This document shows, in pieces, positions 1-9,320 of a stretch of 27,687 nucleotides of DNA (positions are counted from its first letter, which is position 1; each line of letters begins with the position of its first letter). The DNA lies in assembly GCA_038200685.1 (NCBI GenBank), contig JBBRRN010000001.1, positions 1 through 27,687 of the forward strand, given 5' to 3'. Under the pieces are notes generated by a model. The model searched no databases and had not been told where the DNA came from. It saw only the letters and a program-made list of their open reading frames with translations. Position numbers and translations under genes: made by a program. Source of the stretch: Nitrospirales bacterium. GTDB taxonomy: Bacteria; Nitrospirota; Nitrospiria; Nitrospirales; Nitrospiraceae.

Positions 1-832
1 ACCCGGTGGTCGAGTGGGAGAAGGAGTTATCATACCACGCAATGCCGACAGCGAAGGCTATCCCTTCAATTGTTGGGAAGACAATCCAGAGCGGACTGGG
101 CGACGGGTATGATGGGTTTTGATAGAACCCACCGTGAAGATCGAAATACCAGTAGAACATCGTGAACCCGGTAAATATAGCAATAGCAAGAACATGACGA
201 TACGCAATGGACGTACGGAACTGATACATGAGCATGCCGAGCGCGAACTGATCAATTCGGCCAACAATTGTCCAGTAGGCAAGGGACTGAATTTCCCCTA
301 TCTCGCGGTAAACGAACACACGCAGTGCAATGGCCACAACAATTATAGAAATCGGCAGCAGCTTCGACTTTCCAAACATCCAAAGAAACAGGGGGAGAAT
401 CGCGTAGTAGTGGAACTCAACAGTAATTGACCACCCTCCGTTTGGCAGGGATGAGTAGAAAGCCCCTCTTGCGATGGAGTGTAAATAGGAGTACATACTC
501 CCGCCACTCATGAACCGTAGGATACCGACGATCAGAATCACAACTACAAGAAGTGGGAAGAGGCGCAGGGCGCGGTTCCAGAGGAAGACCTTGTAGTCAA
601 TGGACTTGCCGTCGAGCAGCTTGGCAAACAAATAGCCACTAAGCGTCATAAAGAGAGCGACACCCGTATGCCCCTCATCAAGGAGTGAGAAAGGAAATAG
701 TGCCGGAACATATTCGAATGGAACTGGGTATCCATTTGCTGCGTGGGTGAAGTGCCACGCAAATACCATGAACGCCGCCAAAGCCCTCACGTGGTCTAGC
801 GCGATGAAGTGTTCGCCAGAGGAAGATCTCAT
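1..832 (-). CDS. Acyltransferase family 3 (OafA/YrhL-like) membrane O-acyltransferase, 3'-truncated at window edge
   Basis: Translated by hand because it is not in the ORF track. ATG at 832 with AGGA 4 nt upstream; open for 277 codons to the edge. MRSSSGEHFIALDHVRALAAFMVFAWH...GHTGVALFMTLSGY...NRALRLFP...GGWSITVEFHYY matches the AT3 motifs LDxxRxxA..H, LSGY, RxxRxxP and WSxxVE; many hydrophobic segments. Confidence 0.9.
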   Translation of the reverse strand, partial: MRSSSGEHFIALDHVRALAAFMVFAWHFTHAANGYPVPFEYVPALFPFSLLDEGHTGVALFMTLSGYLFAKLLDGKSIDYKVFLWNRALRLFPLLVVVILIVGILRFMSGGSMYSYLHSIARGAFYSSLPNGGWSITVEFHYYAILPLFLWMFGKSKLLPISIIVVAIALRVFVYREIGEIQSLAYWTIVGRIDQFALGMLMYQFRTSIAYRHVLAIAIFTGFTMFYWYFDLHGGFYQNPSYPSPSPLWIVFPTIEGIAFAVGIAWYDNSFSHSTTG

Positions 833-863
833 TTCGTCCTATATTCAGTTCTCGACGGCAAAC

Positions 864-898
864 GGGCCGCTCTTGTGCCGCCCAACAAAGAACGCCCC
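864..898 (-). other. Imperfect stem-loop 32-66 nt upstream of the acyltransferase start
   Basis: Minus strand GGGGCGTTCTTTGT-TGGGCGGC-ACAAGAGCGGCCC pairs by eye to about 12 bp with a bulge and a mismatch; no U-tract follows. Confidence 0.35.
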
Positions 899-1060
899 TG
901 GAGGAGCGCATGAGGTATGATCAGAAGGTGTAACTTATCGAAGCGAACCTGTCCTCGCTCAGTTCGTACCCCCATGTTCTCGCAACCATGATGTGGCAAT
1001 ACTCGACGTGAGCAAGAAACTGATGCTCGTGAGCGGAAGGTCGTCCCAGGCTACGCGGAC

Positions 1061-1481
1061 AATTGCCGTATGATCACGACCATATGCTCTTCACCATTCG
1101 AACAACGGGCCATTGGAGTTGTGACGAGTTAAACCTGGCTCTGTTTGAAAGACATGCCTCCCCTGCCCCGTTAAAATTATCGCCCAGCACTGATCATGCC
1201 AGTGGGGAAGGTCTATAGCCCCCACCCTATTCTGGAGAACCGATGACCATCACGCGATCTTCAACCCTAGTCCAACCTGATTTATTCACTTCAACAATAG
1301 GCAGCGGCTCGGCAATGCCATCGAGCTTCCACAATTCGAGATCCAACGACTGCGAATAGGCTACGACTTTGGCATGAGTCAGATGAGAAAGAGCATTCCT
1401 TGACTCTCCTATCACCCTCACATGAACCGCTTCTGCAAACTGTGCCACGTGCGAGGCTCGCCCAAGACTCGATATGTGCAT
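1061..1481 (-). pseudogene. Degraded trypsin-like serine protease domain (S1C, HtrA/DegP-like) relic
   Basis: Three successive frames give ASHVAQFAEAVHV...AKVVAYSQSLDLELWKL...VEDRVMVIGSPE*, then GL*TFPTGMISAGR*, then VFQTEPGLTRHNSNGPLF...TAI. These are colinear with the HtrA motifs HVV, AKVVGxDxxxDLALLK, VGDxVxAIGxP, TxGIISA, QTDAAINPGNSGGPL and NTAI. At least two frameshifts and several stops. Confidence 0.7.
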
Positions 1482-1566
1482 TCATTGTACGACGGAATAC
1501 GGAAATGGCCTAGAAATAGGCGGGAACGAGAGGTTTGCTGGAAACAGCGGCGGGACGTGAGTGGGA

Positions 1567-2685
1567 TTACGCGCGCCGATAGAACTCTGCAATCGTGTCG
1601 ACAACGTAGCCCTGCTGCGCCTCTGTCAACTCAGGATAGATTGGGATAGACATGACCTCTTCAGCCGCCTGTTCTGACAGAGGGAACGATCCCTTTTGAT
1701 GTCCTAACTCACGATAACAATTTTGAAGGTGCATCGGAAGCGGATAATATACTTCAGTGCCGACCCCTTTCTCTTTGAGGAACGCACGCAATTCATCGCG
1801 CTTCGGCACTCGAACCGTGAACTGATTATACACATGGAAATTCCCCGGCGCCGTTGGCGGAAGCACGACACAATCTGCATGCTTCGTCTTGGCAAACAAC
1901 TGTTGATACCGTTCGGCATTCCGACGTCGCCCCTCGTTCCACTGATCAAGGTACTTGAGTTTGATTTGGAGTACAGCAGCCTGGAGCGCGTCCAACCGGC
2001 TATTGATCCCAATCGCCTCGTGGAGATAGCGAACCTGGCTCCCATGAACACGGAGCATCGCCATGGAGTCCGCAAGGGCTTTGTCGTTCGTCGTGATGAG
2101 CCCCCCATCTCCAAAGCCGCCCAAATTCTTGGAGGGGAAAAAACTAAAGCACCCGGTGTCTCCAAATATCCCGGCACGTTTCCCCTGCTGTGCCGCGCCA
2201 ATCGCCTGGCAGGCATCCTCAATGACATATATCTTTTTCCGCTTTGCAATCTCATTGATCGCCGCCATATCCGCGCATTGCCCGAAGAGGTGAACGGGAA
2301 TGATGGCTTTCGTACGAGGGGTCACCGCTTGCTCGATGAGTGCCGGATCGATATTAAACGTATCCGGCTGAATATCCACAAACACTGGCTTTGCGCCCAA
2401 TCGTGAAATCGCACCCGCTGTGGCAAAAAATGTGAAGGGAATCGTGATGACCTCATCGCCAGCCTTCACTCCCATCGCCATGAGTGAGAGCAACAAGGCA
2501 TCGCTCCCGGAAGCGCAACCTATCGCATAGCGGCTGCCGATATACTGTGCCGTCGCCTCCTCGAACGCCACGACGCGTGGTCCAAGCACGAACCCCTGCT
2601 CGTCGCAGACAGCCTCGATGGCCGACAACACTTCCGGCTTAATGACATGATATTGGGCTTTGAGGTCCAAAAGGGGAACGTTCAC
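1567..2685 (-). CDS. DegT/DnrJ/EryC1/StrS family PLP-dependent sugar aminotransferase (372 aa)
   Basis: SGSDAL, EDACQAIG, SFFPSKNLG (PLP lysine) and NSRLD motifs. Start moved to GTG 2685, which has AAGGAG 5 nt upstream and a GTGA overlap with the upstream stop. Confidence 0.95.
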   Translation of the reverse strand: MNVPLLDLKAQYHVIKPEVLSAIEAVCDEQGFVLGPRVVAFEEATAQYIGSRYAIGCASGSDALLLSLMAMGVKAGDEVITIPFTFFATAGAISRLGAKPVFVDIQPDTFNIDPALIEQAVTPRTKAIIPVHLFGQCADMAAINEIAKRKKIYVIEDACQAIGAAQQGKRAGIFGDTGCFSFFPSKNLGGFGDGGLITTNDKALADSMAMLRVHGSQVRYLHEAIGINSRLDALQAAVLQIKLKYLDQWNEGRRRNAERYQQLFAKTKHADCVVLPPTAPGNFHVYNQFTVRVPKRDELRAFLKEKGVGTEVYYPLPMHLQNCYRELGHQKGSFPLSEQAAEEVMSIPIYPELTEAQQGYVVDTIAEFYRRA

Positions 2686-3896
2686 AAAAGCTCCTTGGGC
2701 TGTGAGTGTGACGCTGACCACGCCGAACGAGGAGCCTTCCCACCTCGCCGGTCATCCAAAAACCTATCATACAGAGATTCATACTGTTTAACCATTTCAT
2801 CAAGGCGAAATTCTTTCGGGAGCGCCTCCACAGACCGCAATCGTCCTTGGGGTTGGCCATCTCGACCCTTCAACACTCGGATGAGATGTGCTGACAAACC
2901 GGCAATATCCCCCGCGTTGCTTAACCACCCATGGTGGCCCTGGGCAATCACTTCCTCAACGCCTCCAACCCTCGTGGCCACGACCGGCAGGCCTATGGTC
3001 CGCGCTTCCAAGAGCACGCGCGGTAATCCTTCCCAATGTGACGTGAGCAAAAACGCATCGAATATTTTCATGACGGTCGGAATATCGCGTCTCCATCCTG
3101 CGAGGTGCAACCGTGCACGAAGCCCATTCACTTCAATCAGCGACTCAATCCTTGAACGCAGTTCTCCATCCCCGATCAAGACGAACTGAGCGTTGGGTAC
3201 TGCCTCACACACCCGTTTAGCCACAGCCACGAAGTCCTCTGGAGCTTTCTGCGGCTTGAGACAGGCAACCATCCCCACTAAATACCCAGCAGGCCCCACT
3301 CCGAATTGTGCCCGCAACGCATCCCGTGTCGTCGCATCGATACCGCCCTGAAACGGAAGCGGATCAATGCCGGGCCTAACGACCGACACCTGCGTCCGGT
3401 CAAATAGCCCCCACTCGATCCCTTTCTCGACGTCGGCCTGAGCGACCGCAATCCAATGGGTCGTGATCCATCCTGTCATACGTTCAAGCAAAATCAAGGT
3501 ACGGCGTATCCAATGAGACTGCGCCGGCGTGATGCCGTACCCATGAATGGTGTGAAAAATCATGGGCACTCCCGCACACCATGCCGCCCACCGGCCGAGA
3601 ATACCGGCCTTCGAACTATGCGTATGGACAATCGTCGGGTGCAGACGCCGAAACAGGCGAACGAGTTCAACAAATGCAGCAAGATCCGCTAGGACATGAA
3701 CGTGACGGGCGAGCGATGACAGGACGTGAACATCGACACCGGGGAGGGTTTTGGCTTCATCCGTGAGAAGGCCCCCAGGACCCGTGATAAGAAGGGGACG
3801 GAACTTGTTCCGGTCAAGATGCGACACAGCATACAGCGCAACTTCCTGTGCGCCTCCCAATTCCAGTTTGGTGATGACATGACAGACAGTCTCCAC
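2682..3896 (-). CDS. Glycosyltransferase family 4 (GT-B, retaining)
   Basis: ITKLELGGAQ, HTHSSKAG, QKAPEDF and EGLPRVLLEA (EX7E) motifs; GTG start with GGAAGG upstream. Confidence 0.93.
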   Translation of the reverse strand: METVCHVITKLELGGAQEVALYAVSHLDRNKFRPLLITGPGGLLTDEAKTLPGVDVHVLSSLARHVHVLADLAAFVELVRLFRRLHPTIVHTHSSKAGILGRWAAWCAGVPMIFHTIHGYGITPAQSHWIRRTLILLERMTGWITTHWIAVAQADVEKGIEWGLFDRTQVSVVRPGIDPLPFQGGIDATTRDALRAQFGVGPAGYLVGMVACLKPQKAPEDFVAVAKRVCEAVPNAQFVLIGDGELRSRIESLIEVNGLRARLHLAGWRRDIPTVMKIFDAFLLTSHWEGLPRVLLEARTIGLPVVATRVGGVEEVIAQGHHGWLSNAGDIAGLSAHLIRVLKGRDGQPQGRLRSVEALPKEFRLDEMVKQYESLYDRFLDDRRGGKAPRSAWSASHSQPKELL

Positions 3897-3906
3897 ACTA
3901 CCTTCC

Positions 3907-5235
3907 TCAGGCTGAGGCTTGATACCCGTATTGGGCTCTCAGACGCTCAGAGACCTGCTTCCCTTGCCCGATGGCATCTTCCATCGATGTATGTTCCCAG
4001 CGCCCATAGCGACCGACCGAGTAAACTCCCCGGCGCTCAAGCTCGGCGAGAATGGCCGGTACCGCCTTCGCACGATGGCGATCAAAATAGACATAAGCAT
4101 ACTGAAGATCCTTGACATCCGAGACCACCAGCTCATCGTCAGGGCGAAGGATGCTGGCCTGCTCCAGACCGGAACGCACCCGACCAATCAACTGCTCCGC
4201 AGACTGGTGCTCCATCGGCTTATGCGACATCTCCACATACATCGAACTGCAGCCAGGACGCCCTAGCGAAGGAGAAAAGTTCATGGGAAATCCGGCGCGG
4301 TAGAAGGGATAGTCCTTTTCTGGAAAATAGATCCAATGTTTATCCGACACCTGCTCGCGACCGATCCCCAAGTTAATATTATAGACCGAGACCCAGCGTA
4401 ACGCGGCCGCTGCGTCTTTCAATGGAACAGGGAAATCGAGGCAGCGACGGATCAGCTCCGGGATCGGAATCGTCGAGACCAGCGACTCATATCGCTCTTC
4501 TCTCGTTCCGCCTTTCGTGTGATCGCGAAAAATGGCGCGACGGCGCTTGGTGTCCACTTCTATGAGTTCCGCGCCATGGGTGATCCCGTCGATCCCGGGC
4601 AGGAAGGACTCTGGAAGTACTTTGATACCGTCGTTCGCAGGGTAGAGAAACGATGGGTTATAGCCGAAGGCTTTGTCTTTGATACCCAACGCACCGTTCA
4701 CCACATCCTTCAGCTCGGGTTTCGGCACCAGCCAGGACACCCAGTCCGACGTCAGTTCGTCCAGCGAGACCTGCCACAGTTTTTCATTGAACGGCAGCAT
4801 GAAATGCTTGGCCATGCCTTCGCCGAGATTATCGAGAATCCACTCTTTGAACGATCGATCATCTGGCGCAGGGCCGGCGTGCTGATTCGTGAGGGTGGCG
4901 ATAAACCCCATTAAACACTCTCGCACCACCTCCGGCGGGAGCCCAAATGTATTGACCTGAAATGGATACTCCGTATAAGTCCGGTGAGAATAGATGAACG
5001 ATTGCCGGGCATGTTTCTGTAGTTTTCCAGCCAAAAGCGTTTCCACCAAAGCTTTGATTTCGGCTTGGCGGAAATGGAGCAGATGTCCGGTGTAATCGAA
5101 GGTAAAGCCATCCTTCTTGTAGGAACGGCATAAGCCACCGACCTCCTGCTCTCGCTCATAGAGACGATACGGAAGCCCGGAAAGATGATAGGCCGCACTG
5201 AGGCCAGCTAAACCGGCTCCGACGATGAGGATCAT
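3907..5235 (-). CDS. FAD-dependent oxidoreductase-family flavoprotein; candidate NDP-sugar pyranose-furanose mutase (eukaryotic UGM-like)
   Basis: N-terminal GAGLAG dinucleotide fold, GGLCRS, FTFDYTGH, YPFQxN, WIYFPExxxPFYRA and C-terminal GRYGRW; ATGA overlap with wecA. The flavoprotein call is firm; mutase activity is inferred. Confidence 0.8.
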   Translation of the reverse strand: MILIVGAGLAGLSAAYHLSGLPYRLYEREQEVGGLCRSYKKDGFTFDYTGHLLHFRQAEIKALVETLLAGKLQKHARQSFIYSHRTYTEYPFQVNTFGLPPEVVRECLMGFIATLTNQHAGPAPDDRSFKEWILDNLGEGMAKHFMLPFNEKLWQVSLDELTSDWVSWLVPKPELKDVVNGALGIKDKAFGYNPSFLYPANDGIKVLPESFLPGIDGITHGAELIEVDTKRRRAIFRDHTKGGTREERYESLVSTIPIPELIRRCLDFPVPLKDAAAALRWVSVYNINLGIGREQVSDKHWIYFPEKDYPFYRAGFPMNFSPSLGRPGCSSMYVEMSHKPMEHQSAEQLIGRVRSGLEQASILRPDDELVVSDVKDLQYAYVYFDRHRAKAVPAILAELERRGVYSVGRYGRWEHTSMEDAIGQGKQVSERLRAQYGYQASA

Positions 5236-6278
5236 GCTGCTTTCGCTCCTCCACTGTCTGATGATGAGACATCAACCTGCCCAGGCCGACGGGTATCGAC
5301 CTTTTTCAATAGCATGGTCAAGAGTAAGAGTGCGCCAGCTGTCCCCGCACAGAGCACCCACCCCACTTCCCGGCTGACTGACAGCATCATAAGGCCGATT
5401 ACTCCCACGACTGCCGTAGCCACATAGCTCGTAATCACGATCTGTGGGACTGACATCCCCCAATGACGCAGTCGAATCGCGGCGTGATCCGGGCTCCCCC
5501 AAAAGATGGGAAGTCCACGCCTATAGCGAATGTACATCACAAACAGGGTGTCAAATATTGGAATCCCTACAATAAACACGGGGGTGAGGAGCGAGAGAGG
5601 ATGGTCACTGGGATATTGCTCAATCATGGTCATCGCTCCCAGCAACAGCCCGATGAACATGGCCCCTGTATCTCCCATGTAAATCCGTGCTGGATGCCAG
5701 TTGTACTTGAGAAATCCCAGCAGGCTTCCGAGCAACGCAACAAGCATCACGGCAATAGTTTGATCGCCTTGCAGCAAGGCCACGACAAGCAGACAACTCG
5801 CGCTGACTGCCCCCACGCCGGCCGAGAGACCGTCCATGATATCGAGCAGATTGAATGCATTGATCAATCCCACCATCCAGAACACCGTCAGCGTGAGGTC
5901 CAACCACTCTGGCAGCGCCGCAATCTCAATCCTGATTCCACTCTTGATCAATACAAAGACGGCGAGGAGTTGGCCTACTAATTTCGTTGCGGGGGTCAAC
6001 ACACCAAAATCATCGATCAGGCCAAGCATCACCACGATGGTTCCGCCCAAGACAATCCCGAGAACGTCGTGGCGGAATTCAAAGGTAAACGCCAGGCTTA
6101 TGAGAAAGGCGAGATAAATCGCTAGTCCACCGAAATAAGGCACCGGCTCACGCTGATGCTTCAATCGTCCATCCGGCGCATCCACGATGCCGTATTTCAA
6201 GGCCGCTTGCCGAGCGATCGGCACACCGTACCATGCGACCAAGAACGCCAGAATAAATGTGAGCAGATACAGGTACAT
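5232..6278 (-). CDS. wecA: WecA/TagO-like undecaprenyl-phosphate HexNAc-1-phosphate transferase (MraY/WecA superfamily)
   Basis: VPYFGG, GLIDD, NAFNLLDIMDGL, NWHPARIYMGDTG and SPDHAAIRL motifs; about 10 hydrophobic segments. Start moved to ATG 6278 (GAGG upstream). Sugar specificity is not determined. Confidence 0.88.
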   Translation of the reverse strand: MYLYLLTFILAFLVAWYGVPIARQAALKYGIVDAPDGRLKHQREPVPYFGGLAIYLAFLISLAFTFEFRHDVLGIVLGGTIVVMLGLIDDFGVLTPATKLVGQLLAVFVLIKSGIRIEIAALPEWLDLTLTVFWMVGLINAFNLLDIMDGLSAGVGAVSASCLLVVALLQGDQTIAVMLVALLGSLLGFLKYNWHPARIYMGDTGAMFIGLLLGAMTMIEQYPSDHPLSLLTPVFIVGIPIFDTLFVMYIRYRRGLPIFWGSPDHAAIRLRHWGMSVPQIVITSYVATAVVGVIGLMMLSVSREVGWVLCAGTAGALLLLTMLLKKVDTRRPGQVDVSSSDSGGAKAA

Positions 6279-6341
6279 TAGACCGGCCTCGCTCCACCCC
6301 ACAAACATTTCCCATTCTTTCTGTTTGTCGGTCTGATCTGG

Positions 6342-7463
6342 CTATGACCCGACAAGGCAAGCCTCGTAGACTTCCTCATGCCGACGCACGACAGTGGCTA
6401 TTTCAAAATGTTCTTGGACGTGACGCTGTCCTCTTAACCCCATCTGGCGTGCCTCCTCAGGATTCGCCAATACCCGCTGTATCGCGCAAGCCAATGCTGC
6501 TGCATCGCCCGGCGCGACAAGAATGCCCGTCTCGCCATGCGTCACAAACTCAGGGATCCCTCCAACCGTAGTCGCCACGACCGGCCGACCCGCGGCCATC
6601 GCTTCAAGAATGGCAATGCCGAACCCCTCGTACAGTGAGGGCAATACGAATGCATCCAGCAATGGCAACAGTTGGGGGATATCTCGTCGTACTCCAGCGA
6701 ATATGACACGCGAAGCGATGCCCAACTGCTGAGCCATTACTCGAAGATGCCCCTCTGCAGGCCCATCACCCACAATCAATACCTGACAGGAAGGACCATC
6801 AACTTCTTTCTCTAACTGTACGACTGCCTCCAGGAGAAATCGCAGCCCTTTCTTTGGCTCAACTAACCGGCAGACAGTGCCAATAATCGGCACCCCTTCC
6901 TGCAGACCTAATTCATTTCTCAACAGAGACGCCACGCCTCGAAAGCGACCAGTCTCAACCCCAAATGGGATAACGACGAATTGTTCCTCACGACCGCCTA
7001 TCCGAGACTTGATCGAACGACGCACGGCATGTGAACAACACACCAATCGACTGGTCCACCTCATGGTCACTCGATCGACAAAACGGTTCAGCCACCCTTC
7101 CCGCGCCACTTGGTCATGATAGGCAGAGACCACACACACCTTCTTGCCGGCTTGTCGTACAAGCCGCGATACCACGTTGGCCCAAAATAGAAAAGACTGC
7201 ACCACATCGGGCCGTTCCGCCAGGAGAGTTTCCCGCAATCGGAAAAGGACCCGGATGTCCAGCTTCCCCTTCCCATTTAAGGAAAGGACTCGGACTCCGC
7301 GTGACCGTAACTCCGATACCAATGCCCCGCCTGACTTGAGGGAAACGACTACCACCTCAAACTTCTTTCGGTCGATGCGTGAGGCAAGTTCAAGCAGATG
7401 TGACTCAGTCCCTCCCACCCCAAGACCGACCACAAGAAACAACAATTTGATTGGATGATTCAC
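6342..7463 (-). CDS. Glycosyltransferase family 4
   Basis: GVGGTE, KKGLRFL, GVRRDI and EGFGIAILEAMAAG (EX7E) motifs. Start is uncertain: GTG 7463 (GGAG upstream) or TTG 7481. Confidence 0.92.
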   Translation of the reverse strand: MNHPIKLLFLVVGLGVGGTESHLLELASRIDRKKFEVVVVSLKSGGALVSELRSRGVRVLSLNGKGKLDIRVLFRLRETLLAERPDVVQSFLFWANVVSRLVRQAGKKVCVVSAYHDQVAREGWLNRFVDRVTMRWTSRLVCCSHAVRRSIKSRIGGREEQFVVIPFGVETGRFRGVASLLRNELGLQEGVPIIGTVCRLVEPKKGLRFLLEAVVQLEKEVDGPSCQVLIVGDGPAEGHLRVMAQQLGIASRVIFAGVRRDIPQLLPLLDAFVLPSLYEGFGIAILEAMAAGRPVVATTVGGIPEFVTHGETGILVAPGDAAALACAIQRVLANPEEARQMGLRGQRHVQEHFEIATVVRRHEEVYEACLVGS

Positions 7464-7496
7464 AGCAACATGCCACTCCAAGGATAGGATACATGG

Positions 7497-8405
7497 CTAC
7501 ACGACAAAGCCGGTAATCATTTCCCATTCTTTTCCTTTCCAGACGGCAACAGAAGCAGGATAAAACAGTCCTGTCTGATGCAAGAGCGAACGGAGCTGCG
7601 GGGAAATAGAGGCAAGGGAATGTTGCCGAAATACTTTCCAGATAACGTCGCGCAAAAGTCTTTGCCCTACACTACAAGGCCACTTCCCGTAACTCCGCAG
7701 TGTCTGATCAGCCTCGCGCATATACTGCTCACGCTGGTGAATCGACTTCTGATCCCCATGTTCTCGAAACCCTCCAAGGATCGCACTCACTCCGCAGAGA
7801 TCCGCATGCTGGAATAGCCTGGCCCACAATTCGAAGTCGGCCGCGAGCCCCAATGAACAATCCAGACGTCCGCCTGCCCGTTCCCACAATGAACGCCTCC
7901 AGAACGTTGATTCCTGCTGGATCCACCTCCTCCCGTGCGATCCCTTCGCAGGGAAATTCCCTCCACGCAAGAATGAGTGCTGATTAAACCCTCCGGTAAA
8001 ATCGACATCGATAACTTGGCCTCTCTCATTCCAACGGATTGGATGGACACTGGTAATCCACTCAACATGGGGAAACAACCGAAAAATGTCTGCAACGACG
8101 GTCAACGCCCATGGCGTATACTTGTCGTCACTGTTGAGCCACGCCATAATCTCTCCAGTCGTTCTGGCAAACCCTTTATTAATCGCGTCGTATTGCCCCT
8201 TATCCATCTCACTCACCCAATAGGTCAATCGACCCTCATACTTTCTGATGATCTCTACACTGTCATCTGAAGAGGCTCCATCTATCACGACATACTCAAC
8301 GCGAGGATAACTCTGTGTGAGTACGGAACAGATCGTTTCCTCAAGAAACCGCCCTTGGTTATATGAAGGGGTCACGACGGAAATGATGGGAAGTGGTTTC
8401 TGCAT
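7497..8405 (-). CDS. Glycosyltransferase family 2 (WfgS-like GT-A)
   Basis: [43 protein letters not shown] and ADFELW; TAATG overlap with the upstream gene. Confidence 0.93.
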   Translation of the reverse strand: MQKPLPIISVVTPSYNQGRFLEETICSVLTQSYPRVEYVVIDGASSDDSVEIIRKYEGRLTYWVSEMDKGQYDAINKGFARTTGEIMAWLNSDDKYTPWALTVVADIFRLFPHVEWITSVHPIRWNERGQVIDVDFTGGFNQHSFLRGGNFPAKGSHGRRWIQQESTFWRRSLWERAGGRLDCSLGLAADFELWARLFQHADLCGVSAILGGFREHGDQKSIHQREQYMREADQTLRSYGKWPCSVGQRLLRDVIWKVFRQHSLASISPQLRSLLHQTGLFYPASVAVWKGKEWEMITGFVV

Positions 8406-9244
8406 TATCGTGCCCGAGCGAACAGCTCCTCCATGTGAGTACGAATTCGCCTATCCTGCGCCTCGCGCTGTTTCGGAGTTGCGTAGAAATGTCGCTGACG
8501 GAACAGACCTCGCTCTTTCACAAACGCGATATCGATCTGAGAGAGCGCGTTGTCTAATGGTCTGTATTGAAGCCCGGAAATATCATTGGCCACAAATCCT
8601 CGGCTTTTCATGTACATGACTACATCATGAAAGTCTGGGCCATCTACAAAAAAATTGAACAACGATACCTCTAATAGAATGTATTCGGTGTCTGCTAGCA
8701 TCCTTTCCGCGCCTCGAAGCACGTCCAGCTCTGCCCCTTGCACATCCACCTTGAGTAAGAAAGGCCCCTTCGCTCCTGTCTCTTTGATAAGACTATCAAT
8801 GGTTATGGCCCGAACAGTTCTGGGCACGCCATTCACATGAGTATCCTTCTCGACTTCGCGAAGGAGAGAAGAGCCTACTAAGTCTGGATGGACGTTGAGA
8901 ATCAACTCTCCCTGATGAGCTGAAGCTGCAGCCAGAATGCACTGTGCGGTCGGCATCGCTTCTATCATCTTATTCAGGAGCGGCTGATACTCAATGAGCG
9001 GTTCAAGCAGGAAAACCCGGGCCTTTGGAAATACAGAGAAGCAGTGGCTCGCAAACGAACCATAGGCTGCGCCTACATCTACCACCGTCGTCGGAATGAA
9101 TCCCATTGCTTGGGCCTGACGCAAGAGACCATCAAGCCCACTCCGCGATAGCGAAACTGCTTTTGCCGAATCGAGCCGGTAGATGTCCAGGTTGAGCCAG
9201 CGCAACATCGCGCGGATTGCCTTCTTCAGCGAAGCAGAGTCCAT
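8405..9244 (-). CDS. FkbM family SAM-dependent methyltransferase
   Basis: [28 protein letters not shown] and Q-D near the C-terminus; AAGGAG RBS. Confidence 0.92.
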   Translation of the reverse strand: MDSASLKKAIRAMLRWLNLDIYRLDSAKAVSLSRSGLDGLLRQAQAMGFIPTTVVDVGAAYGSFASHCFSVFPKARVFLLEPLIEYQPLLNKMIEAMPTAQCILAAASAHQGELILNVHPDLVGSSLLREVEKDTHVNGVPRTVRAITIDSLIKETGAKGPFLLKVDVQGAELDVLRGAERMLADTEYILLEVSLFNFFVDGPDFHDVVMYMKSRGFVANDISGLQYRPLDNALSQIDIAFVKERGLFRQRHFYATPKQREAQDRRIRTHMEELFARAR

Positions 9245-9320
9245 TCACGTTCTCCTTCGAGGACTAGTACTCCGCGCAGAGCTGTGTGCCTTACCTGTCC
9301 TCGTACTGCCGGCCTTCGTC

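Noticed and set aside
119-430. 103-aa plus-strand ORF, and the minus-strand ORFs 58..282 and 678..911
   Set aside because: Antisense or alternate-frame shadows of the acyltransferase gene; no motifs.
1227-1481. 84-aa ORF as a functional small protein
   Set aside because: It is the first fragment of the decayed protease and ends at a premature stop before the catalytic Ser.
1484-1489. TACAAT -10-like hexamer on the minus strand
   Set aside because: No -35 at a suitable spacing and no extended -10; only 2 nt from the relic ORF start.
1723-2406. 227-aa plus-strand ORF
   Set aside because: Antisense to the well-supported aminotransferase; no recognisable motif or RBS.
6306-7532. Exact 15-bp direct repeat CATTTCCCATTCTTT (6306-6320 and 7518-7532) bracketing one GT4 gene
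   Set aside because: About 0.4 such matches are expected by chance in 27.7 kb (N^2/2 x 4^-15); one copy is coding and there are no mobile-element features.
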